Shown here one piece after another: positions 53,352 through 64,000 of a DNA stretch of 64,000 nt. Location: the NCBI RefSeq assembly GCF_006345805.1, contig NC_043015.1, forward strand, positions 21,638,001 to 21,702,000, read 5' to 3'. The stretch comes from Octopus sinensis. Lineage: Eukaryota. How positions within the stretch are numbered: the stretch's first letter is position 1; the number at the start of each line of letters is the position of its first letter. The notes under the pieces are model-generated. The model ran no database searches. It saw nothing but the letters and a program-made list of their open reading frames with translations, and was not told where the DNA came from. The position numbers were made by a program, and so were the translations under genes.

Positions 53352-53714
53352 ACGAGTGTTACAATCAATCAGGTCACCGGAATACTTAGTCTACTGGTGA
53401 AATTTGCCACGGAAATTTGCGAAGCATAGCCTTAAAGTAGTTCTAAGGGAGATTCAGCGTGATACAGAGCTTTAAATAGCTGGCCCTTTGAAATAGGGAT
53501 ACTATCCAGTTTTTCCAAATGGGTGGGCTGGTTCAACGCGAAATAAAGTGTCATGCTCGAAGACAAAACGCACCACCGTGAATCGGACTCATAAATTTAC
53601 GATCACGAATGGATACTGTAACCAGCTCACCTGCGACGGACCGGCGTCCCGTCCAGTGGGAAACCGTGAAACCGGCCCTATGAGACAGGCGTGGCTCGAG
53701 AAGGAACAAACAAC

Positions 53715-53751
<37 letters not shown>

Positions 53752-55151
53752 CGCACTTGTGTATCTATCTATCTAACTATCTATATATTTCTCTCTCTCT
53801 CTCCTCTCTCTCGCTCTCTCTCTCCTATATATATATATATAGATATATATATACATACATACTTACACATATAAATACACGTATAGATAATATATGTGTG
53901 TACGTCGATATAAGAGAGGAATGATGTCGATGATGATGACATTGAAGATGACGGTGATGTTGTACTTAATTAACTACATACCACTTAATTATGTTTCACA
54001 TAGTATAATTAGTTGCTCGCGCATCACTAAACTTTGTTACGATGTCATCTCTTTATTACATATTAGGACTTTAAACGTCAATTAAAAAGTCGTTGTTATT
54101 ACATTAATCATTGTAACTTCCTTGTCCGTTGGTACTATACTACAGTATGATCCGGTAATCCGTTTTCTCCCGTGTGAGAAGCTACATCAGGGAGCTCGCG
54201 ATATATCAGAGACTATTACCAAAGAGAAATACGTTTAGCCTTCATACCATCACGGACTATAGATAGAAAATATCAAAAACGATTAACTCCCCTCCCGAAG
54301 ATTCCTCCTCTCACCTCTTCAAAACCACTCGCTCACCGTCTCACTTCATCTCCTCGCCGCCGTTTCATCTTCCTATATTATACTCATTATTTATATTACT
54401 GATATCTATGCACGTTCTCGATAAACGGCCATCTTTTCCTATAATACAATATTTTCAATATAAAAGCGCTTGATTATTATTATTATTGATGTATTAGCAG
54501 GATCTGAAGTATGATTTTTGAAAACTATTGTATGCAAAGACGTTTCGGTTAGGGTCACCTCATTTATTTTACGAATACATTATCAAATATGACCTTCTTT
54601 GTTTAAGAAAACATCGTGTTATTACAATCTTACACAATTGCTAATTCTTGCAGATTAATCCATTCAATAGAATCTTCTTCTGTGATATAAACGCTAACAA
54701 GTTGGAAGACACCATATTAATATTAATACAGATATTGATGTTTATGAAGATTATTAACGATTATTTTTATAACGATATTAACAAAGTGGGAGACAGCTTG
54801 TTAATATTAATGTTAATATTAACATACAACACCAAGAGAGAAATTCTATGAGATTGTGATACCTGCAACAGCCAGAAGCCATGTTTCCCCAGAAAAGTAG
54901 CTTTGTATACTGCCAGTTTGAAAAGTAGCGACTATTAATACGAGTCTTGTCCTTTGCTTGTTTCAGTCATTAGACTACGACCAGGCTAAGGCAACGCATT
55001 TTAGGGTTTTGATGGAACAGATCAGCCACAGTACACATTTTTATTTTTAAGGATTGCTATGATTCCATTTGTCTCTCTTTCCGAATGGGAAACTTAGTGG
55101 GAAAGAAGTCTTGAAGGGTGAAGCACATACACAAAAATTCAAACACATATA

Positions 55152-55365
55152 GAGGCGCAATGGCCTAGTGGTTAGGGCAGCGGACTCGCGGTCGCAGGAT
55201 CGCAGTTTTCTCGATTCTCAGACCGGGCGTTGTGTGTTTTATTGAGCGAAAACACCTAAAAGCTCTACGAGGCTCCGGCAGGGTGGTGATCCCGCTGTAC
55301 TCTTTCACCACAATGGGGGTGCCCCAGCATGGCCACATCTCAAGAGCTGAAACTGGAAAACCAAA
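55152..55365 (+). mobile_element. SINE family B with CR1-like 3' tail
   Basis: Same head as 3478(-); ends GGGGTGCCCCAGCATGGCCACATCTCAAGAGCTGAAACT. Confidence 0.8.
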
Positions 55366-55419
55366 ACAAAACATGTATAATACACTGATATATATATATA
55401 CATATAATATATATATATG

Positions 55420-55458
<39 letters not shown>

Positions 55459-55489
55459 ATATATATATACTATATACACAAACATATAT

Positions 55490-55535
<46 letters not shown>

Positions 55536-57849
55536 ACGAGCTTCCACATAGTTTAGCAAATTCATTGATAGGCTTTGGTTGGCTTCAGGGTATAGACGAA
55601 AATACAAGCCCAAAGTGCCGTGCAGCGATACGAAACAGGAAACCAGGTAGTTGTAAAGTAGACAGTTTAACTGCACAGCCATGCCTGCATCATACCTCAC
55701 TGAAAACAATGTCCGGACAATTTTGTATGCCAAGATCTGGTTCATATTAGAGGCACTTCTCAGATACATAGCATAAAGTTAATGATATTTCCAACGTGTC
55801 TAGCTGCCTTATTCTCGTTTTGTAACCGGCAAAACGAATTGTGGAGAATATCATGTTGTTCCGTGTAGAGGTTTCATTGTTAGTTCCTTATGTCTGTTTT
55901 AAAAATGATTTCCTCATTTATCAATGAATAACAAATATGTGTCTATAAATATCATACAATGAGTAATTCCATTTTTACGCTACGGGATGAATTACACAAT
56001 AAATATTCGTTGTGTCTCCAATATTTGAGGTCAATACTATACGTAAAGCTGAGCGGTGTCCTGGTTCTAAATACCATGCTTCCAAGTTCGATATTACAAA
56101 GCGGCATCTTTAATTCATGTTCACTGCAATAGTCACACGTTGAATAATCCGACATGAAAGCAACATCAAAATCGGAGACGCGTTCATAAGATTGTCACAG
56201 ACACGCATACACAAACATATACACAAGCAACACAATCGCGATCGGTTATTATTTCTCTCTCTCTCTCTCTTCAATTTCTATTGATTTATCGTAATCAAAT
56301 AGAAGAATATCATGAAAGCCGATAATTTGTATTATACATTTGCGTGTATTTTCAGTGTTAATATTTATTCAGTGTGTGTCTGTAGGTGCGTGTGACTGTG
56401 TATACATGGGATTGTTCATATATGTGCATAAAAGTATTGTACGGAATTTGTTTAAAAGTATGATAAGAATTTATGTGAGGAATTTAGGGCGCAAACAAGG
56501 TAAAAATTAAGTTCCATTTTCTGATTAAGTCTTCACCTGAATATCCTTTCCCCAAATTCACCCAACATAAAATTTAAAATGCTATTGTAAAGGTGCTTGG
56601 CTTTGTGGTGAGGTAGCTGTACTCACAATCACGGGATCGATTCCTGCACCAAGCTTTGCGTTGTGTTCTGGAAATAAACACTGCATTTGAAGTTGCTTCT
56701 AGTCAGAGAAACAGGGCAACCGAATCTCCGACACTTAAGACGCGAGATTGTAATGTCAATAAGCTGATGACGATGATAAATCTTATTCACAAACTAAGAA
56801 AATAATGTAACCGATGCCTTTAAGATTGCCTAGAAATAAAGACTATCACCACATCAATATTGGTTTCAAATTTTGGCCCAAGACCAGCAATTTTAGAGGA
56901 GGATGTAAGTTGATAAAATCGACCTCAGTGTTCAGAGGGAACTTATTTTATCGACTCAGAAAGACATGAAAATCAAAATTAACCTCGGCAGAATTTAAAC
57001 TCAGAACGTAAAGACGGACGAAATGCCGCTATGAATTTTGCCCGACTGGAAAACGATTCTGGTAGCTGGCAATCCTATTAACATAGTAATATTATCCTCA
57101 TGGAATTAAGCTTTACCTTTTCACTTTTTTGTGCTGTTTGAATAAGCTGGCAAGCGAAACCTAAACCCGAAACGTATTTGGACGCCATTTTAATTGTGAG
57201 ATTCTTACAATAATATAAAACACCCATCGATTTTTATCCATATAATTACTTCAAACAAAGAAGATTCAAATTCACATTTATACAGAAGTACATACGTGAA
57301 GCACACACGCAAACAAGGGCGAGCACAAACTCGTATAAAAATGTATATGTATGTACACACACACACACATATATATATATACATATACATAAATTACATA
57401 GTATGTATATATATATATACATATATATACATATGATGTATATTATATATATATATATATCTATAGCTATATATATTATATATGCTCCATGGAGACGTAT
57501 GAAATTCTAAAGCATAGAAAACATAGAAACTTATTGAATAAACATATCGAACTAGGTCAAGTTTGTGTCCACGCTAAATTGAAGACTTTAAACATTTAAA
57601 TGATTAGAATATTCGTAACTAGATAGATAGATATAACTTGATTTCTACTAGGTATAGCACTGCTTTAAGTAGATAACTAAGTTTTCTCACACTACAGTTA
57701 TCTTTTTCCTTATATCTGCATCAGTTTTTTGAGAACAGGGAAATGAATAGTACTTATATGCTGCTTAATTGAGGCCTTATTTAATTATTTAATTTCAAAC
57801 TCATAATTTTTAAATTCTTAATTTTAAATCTTAATTGTAATTTTTTATT

Positions 57850-59195
57850 TTAATTCCTAACTTAATCTAATTTAAGTAGCATAACTAATAAAATAAAATG
57901 AGTTACTATAACCCCATAATTCTATTTCAAAATTAAATAAATAAGGCTACCCCTTCGGTGATAATATGATTATCTTCATTATGATAGACAATCCCCTAAC
58001 ACCTTGTAAATGATCTTCTAAGATTTGACCTGTAGTCCGTCAATGTATGAATAATAAAGGCAACTCCTTAAGACAATAAATGAATAAAATAAATAAGTAA
58101 ATCTTAATGACTTTTTGATAGGATTATACTTAGATTTTCCTAATGTATTTTTTTTTTATGTAGCATCTGACCCCTTAACCCCTGACTGTGTTATCTCTTT
58201 AGATTCTCTTTAAATTCATAGCTGATTTCAACAGCAACAAATTAGCTGTTTTACTGGTCAAAGAATAATATTCTCCTCTAGTTCCTAGATGCCTGTAAAT
58301 TAAAACCAGACTTGCCGTCTACTGATTCTTCTGTATAACTAGAACCCTCTTTTTTTCTTTTCCTTTCCTTTCTTTTCTTTTTCCCTTCTTTCCTATTTCT
58401 TTCTCTTTTTCTCTTTTTTCTTTTCTTCTTCTTATTCTCTTTTTCTTTTTCTCTTCGCTTTTAGTCCCCTTCCCCCCCTTTTTTTGCTCCCTCCTCCTTT
58501 ATTTTCTCTCTTTTCTTCTATTCCCTTCCATTTTCTATTCTTTGCCTCTCTAGAAAGCCCTTCAGCTTTAAAAGTTAAATAGCTACAGCCTCTCGTAAAT
58601 AGCAGTAATATGATTAACGTGGCAAATACCTAATCATATAACAAGAATTGATACCTACCTCATGTGTTCAACCATTGATAAATTTATCGCCTGTGAATAT
58701 GAAATTCCTCTTCATTTCTCTGGAAATTTACATCTACACCATTGGAAATTGTGCATCTATACAAAGGATTAATTCACCCTCTCTGTAATGCTAATAAGCA
58801 GGAATTGGACCCACCTCGTTGTGATTAACAATGGATAAATTTGTTTTCTGTGAGTATGTAATCCCTCATCATATCTCTGGAAATTCATATGTGCACTATG
58901 GATTAGGTACCTTCTCTGGGTTGCTATTAAAACTTTTTTAAAATTCTGTGATAAGACTGTACATCATCTTTAAAGAACTTTAATGACTTTGGATATGTTT
59001 ATGTTTATGTTACTTAATTATCTTCATTACTTCATGAGTATAGCCTCAACCACTAGGATGTCTAGAGAACGCACATGTATTTTAGCTGATGAGTACGGAC
59101 ACGTTTATATGCTGTAATTTTTGCAACTTTTAATAAAGCCTGTCCTGTATGAAACGATTGTACTAAAAACCTATCCATTCTTGTTGCTTCTTTCT
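57850..59195 (+). mobile_element. Heavily decayed Penelope-like element
   Basis: Plus frames at about 58700-58900 give LHFSGNLHLHH, LCNANKQELD and YVIPHHISGNSYV (thumb and GIY-YIG-like), followed by an HHR. 57850-58620 may be an inverted N-terminal part (NHIT.., TDYRSN..EDHL). Weak, frameshifted similarity. Confidence 0.45.
59080..59168 (+). ncRNA. Type I hammerhead ribozyme, extended stem II
   Basis: TTTTAG-CTGATGA(59086-92)-GTACGGACA...TGTCC-T-GTAT-GAAA(59151-54)-C-GATT-GTA(59160-62)-CTAAAA. Perfect 6-bp stem I. Confidence 0.85.
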
Positions 59196-59615
59196 CGCTT
59201 ATATATATATATATATATATATAATATTATATACATACATATAATATATATATATATATGCATGTATGCATATATATATACAAATATATATATATATATA
59301 TATGAATATATACATATATATATATATATACATATATGCATATATATATATATGACACAGGAACTTAGTTTGATTTGAAAACCCCACTAGAATGGGAGAA
59401 AGCGCTAATACATGATCTAAGTTATGTGATGTATAAAAACATGTAATATACAATAATATCTGTAAATATAAAACCATCCGAATTTCTGAGTACCTCATTT
59501 ATTCTAATATAAAATACCTGTGCATCATCTCCAAACCTTACAATATATATATATTTATTATATATAGATATATATATATATATATATATATATTAATATA
59601 TATATATATATATAT

Positions 59616-59655
<40 letters not shown>

Positions 59656-60039
59656 TATAGTGAATATATATATGTATTATATATATATATATATATATGT
59701 ATTCATGTGGGGTGTGTATGTATTCCTATCTACAAATAATAATGATCGTGTATGTGTGTGTGTGTGCTGTGTATATCCTCCCCTATGGGAAAAAGTCTTA
59801 TGGTAGAGTATATATATATTTCGTCTGGAACACTACCCATAAGTGATTGTATATTTCTAATTAGCAGGATATTGGCATTTGCCGCAAATGCATCCATCTG
59901 ACGTCGTTACGTCAACTACTTATTATGTCTACATTGAATATATTTTATATGAAATTAATTGATAGAAATAATCAAATTATAGCTTTGATGTTGTACGATT
60001 TCCAACAGGCTCTCTCTAAATAATAACAATATTTAATGA

Positions 60040-60106
<67 letters not shown>

Positions 60107-60255
60107 GATAATGATGTCAATGATTACATGTGTATATATACATAAGTATATCAAGTGAGCTGAAGAGAATATGAGAGAAAATTATATACGTATACACCCG
60201 CACATATGCGTTTAATATAGATATATATGTGTGTGTGTGTGCCTGTCTGTATGTA

Positions 60256-60306
<51 letters not shown>

Positions 60307-60543
60307 TATATATATATCGTGATAATTATACAAAAACGCAGTGTTTTCTCAACGGTAAAGCGGTATAAAATTGATTAATATTTACTAATGAAAATGTGTA
60401 ATTATTTGTCTTCAACAAAAGATTTGAAACAGAAAAATAAGACCAATACTTTATAGGTTCTTGGTGCGTTCTAAATATATCAGTATTTGCAATGTAATCG
60501 CCACAAAAGGATATGTATATAATTATATCTTTACATAGATATA

Positions 60544-60584
<41 letters not shown>

Positions 60585-60606
60585 TTTGATACTTTGATAC
60601 TTTGAT

Positions 60607-61099
60607 AGGTTTCGGCCATTATTGGCCCAGGCCATGTCTAACTTAATAGCACCACCTGGTGAAGTCTTTCAAGTCAGAATTTGGGCACTATGGCCCACTC
60701 AAGTAGAGAGTTATTGTTTACAGAGACATATCCGGGTGTAGGGGGTTTATCCGGGATTTCTTGAAGGAATCTGTCCAAAGACTTCTTGAACCCTATAGGG
60801 TCAGTTTTCTGTTTTAATGCGTTTTGGTGTAATGTTAAAGAGAGCGGGGCCAATTGAGGTGAAATAATTGTGCCGTATTGTTGTTATGAGATGAGAGTGC
60901 GATTTTTGTTTTGGGCGGATGGCACGGGCCCAAGCCTTGGATGTACCTTAAAGGTGATGCCAACATCATTTGGGCAATGCTGATGGAATATTTTCCACAT
61001 CATGCAGATGATGTAGCGCTCACGACGACGTTGGAGAGAATAGAGTTTTAGCTTTTCTAGTCGACCCCAATAGTCGAGGCCTGTCATGCCATCTATCTT

Positions 61100-61103
<4 letters not shown>
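60607..61103 (-). mobile_element. CR1-group LINE 3' fragment (second subfamily)
   Basis: EKIDGMTGLDYWGRLEKLKLYSLQRRRERYIICMMWKI; 3' end followed by (ATCAAAGT)n repeats. Confidence 0.8.
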
Positions 61104-61144
<41 letters not shown>

Positions 61145-62139
61145 TATATGAAAGGTATGAGAGGTATTGGTATCCAGAAGAACCAAGGTAGCATATAACG
61201 CTATGTAAGTGCTATGGAAGGGCCGTAGTTAAACTCTCGGTAATGATACAAGGGAGAACATAGATGTATATATATTTCACCACCTCCTCCTCTTCTTCTT
61301 CTTCTTCATCGTCGTCGTTTTCTTTTTCCTATTGTGGCCCAACTTCTTGCGGTCACCTTATTGGAGAAGTCGCCGGTGTGACAGAATCAAAGTTGGGAAC
61401 AATGAGAGTTTCGACTTCACAATGCGGATGCATCAGGATGTGTACTGTCACTATTTTAGATCCCACAGGGTTTCGATTTCATCACGAAGAAATCGATGGA
61501 GCATCCAGCACACAACATTAAGCAAGGACAGCAAACACTCAGAGACCTTAATTTAGCTTACGACATTTAACTCCTTAGTGATACATGAGCGGTAATGTAA
61601 CATATGACATTCAATCCCAGTAGCAACTGCTCAAACGTGAATCTGCCGAGCAGTAATGGGAAAACATTTCATGAATATTAATGAGGTACAGCAGCGACAA
61701 TTTCTGCTCTGGTAGTAATTGATTCGTGCAGTAACACTAGAAACAGGGAAACGGATGTGGAGGAGATAATTGGCAATGCTACAGTTGTCTGCAATCGCCT
61801 GGCGCTTGTATAATTAAATTTCCCCACCGACCAAGTTACCGTACACTTCATGTAATGATCTGCAGTGAAACTGATGGAGAATTATGTCAGTACGTTTTGG
61901 CCAGAAAAGCCAGCAGAATATGTAAGCACCATGGTTTTTCTTTTCATAGATGTTTCACTAGGATCGAACTATGTTTTGGCACTGACATTTTGTGGATGCA
62001 GAAGAAGAGGAGATCGCCTTGGAAGTTGGACTTTAGCTGAACTTACCACTATACTTACTGGAGAACTTACAGCAACCGAGTCTTCACAAAGAATGGAAGA
62101 AATTATGACGAAAATGATAACAGTTATGCACATGAAATC

Positions 62140-62188
<49 letters not shown>

Positions 62189-62333
62189 GTTGTTGTTGTT
62201 GTTGTTGTTGTTGCTGCTGCTGTTGTTGTTGTTACTGTTGTTGTTGTTGTTGCTGTTGTTGTTGTTACTGTTGTTGTTGTTGCTGTTGTTGTTGTTGCTG
62301 TCGTTGTTGTTGTTGTTGTTGTTGTTGTTGCTG

Positions 62334-62398
<65 letters not shown>

Positions 62399-62401
<3 letters not shown>

Positions 62402-63175
62402 TAGTTTTATTTTTTATAGCGTGCTTTCACTGCACTACCGAGCGCAGCTCTGTGTGCCTTGGGTATGTGCTGGGATTTGTTGTGATGCTCTGATGGTTAT
62501 TGTATGGAAAGTGTTCTGCGTAGGATGTGTGCAGTGCTAGTAGTGCAATTGTCTGTATGTTATATGTGTTTGTAAGTCCTGGTGTTTTTGTTATGTATTT
62601 TTCTGAATATTTTTTTATCATACCTAATGTACCTACTATGATAGAAATTGTTTCTGTTTTTAGATTCCTTATTCTGGTTACCTCTATTTCCAGGTCTTTG
62701 TATTTTAAAAGCTTCTCCATTTCTTTTAGAGAAACGTTGTCATCTGCCGGTATTGATACATCAATTAGAAAGCATTTTTTTTCTTCATGATCCCTGACAA
62801 CTATATCTGGTCTGTTGGCCTTAATTTCTCGATCTGTGTGTATCGGCATATCCCAGAGTATGGTTGCTTTCTCGTTTTTCTGTGACCTTTTCTGGTGTGT
62901 GCCTATACCATCTTTTTTCTGTTGTTATTCCATATTGTTGACTTAGCTTCCAGTGTATGTAGGTTCCAACTCTGTCATGTCTGTGAATATATTCCTTCTT
63001 AGCCAGGACTGGGCAGCCAGAGATAATAGGATTTATTGTTTCTTGTCCATCTCCACATATTCTGCAGTTACTTGTTATATTTCTTTTCATTACATGTTTT
63101 TGGTAATTTCTGGTGGGGAGGCTTTGGTCTTCTGTGGCAATTAAAAATCCCTCTGTCTCTGTTTTGAGTCCTGAG
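62399..63175 (-). mobile_element. R4/Dong-like LINE 3' fragment in a trinucleotide microsatellite
   Basis: SGLKTETEGFL..CRICGDGQETINPIISGCPVLAKKEYIHRHD..ANRPDIVVRDHEEKKCFLIDVSIP. Close homologue of 23439-24161, with a (TAA)n tail at 62398. Confidence 0.88.
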
Positions 63176-63202
63176 CTTCTTCTTCTTCTTCTTCTTCTTC
63201 TT

Positions 63203-63233
<31 letters not shown>

Positions 63234-63279
63234 TTATTATTAATTATTATTATTATTTATTATTATTATTATATTATTA

Positions 63280-63351
<72 letters not shown>

Positions 63352-63434
63352 CATTTTATTATTATTATTATCATCATCATCATCATCATCATCGTCATCA
63401 TCATTAATTTTATTATTATTATTTTTTAATTTTT

Positions 63435-64000
63435 ACATATTATAACTGAAAATATCTGTGTATGTGTGTGTGTATGTGTGTGTATGGGTATGTTCTCACT
63501 TTGCACCAAAACCGCTTGACCGATTTTTCTTAAACTTCACACGCATATTCTTTATGTGTCGTGGGAGGTTTTAAATATATATTGATTTCGAAAAAATGTT
63601 TCCGTAATCGGCGGGAGGAATAACATTTGGGCTCGGTTGAATGGTGGGTGTAATTATTTTTAAGCTTACAAGGGAAATAACCCATTCCCTCCTTCGTAAA
63701 TTATTTTAAAACTTCCAAGGGAAATTACCCATTCCCTCCTTCGTAACTGTTTTGGTAAAAATGAAATTGAGCATAATTATTTCTTAGTAATTCAACTATT
63801 TTAGTTATTTTCTCAATATATCCAGTACAAGGCTAAAACAAGTTAATAGTATTCTCCTCAAAAATACATCCAATTATTTCGGTTAGCAACTTTTTCACGA
63901 ATATGCCAACACTAGCGCCGGTGAGGGTAATATTTTCTGGGAAAGCAAAAAAGCTTTTTCACAGTTAATTACCTTGAAATATTATTGTCTCATACATGTT
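63435..64000 (+). mobile_element. Probable non-autonomous Helitron/Helentron-type (DINE-like) element, cut by the window edge
   Basis: Starts ATAACTGAAAATATCTGTGTATGTGTG, then CAAAACCGCTTGACCGATTTTTCTTAAACTTCACACG (a motif I recall from DINE-1/HINE elements). Internal 30-bp repeat AAGGGAAATAACCCATTCCCTCCTTCGTAA x2. Confidence 0.5.

Overview
AT-rich, microsatellite-saturated eukaryotic DNA. The SINE, LINE and simple-repeat content looks like an Octopus (cephalopod) genome; this is an inference from recalled repeat motifs, not a database hit. No host protein-coding gene can be called with confidence; there are only two weak exon candidates. Most ORFs in the track are translations of (TA)n, (CA)n, (CTAT)n and (TAA)n repeats. 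Recognisable elements: a decayed maT-like Tc1/mariner transposon, mariner fragments and MITEs; a full-length but inactivated Tx1-clade LINE (16.6-22.4 kb); four R4/Dong-like RLE LINE fragments in (TAA)n arrays; two CR1-group LINE 3' fragments; four tRNA-derived SINE families; two Penelope-like (PLE) remnants; and a Helitron-type non-autonomous element at the right edge. The most interesting signal is a set of type I hammerhead ribozyme (HHR) motifs read directly from the sequence in five unrelated repeat families: 2184-2244(-), 15400-15440(+), 38137-38230(-) with 38724-38817(+), 44944-45030(+) and 59080-59168(+). Two of these families are small non-coding tandem units (about 470 and 510 nt) that look like retrozyme / PLE pseudo-LTR-only elements. 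Four of the five HHR families have a lengthened stem II, two carry a U4C core variant, and most end next to (TA)n.
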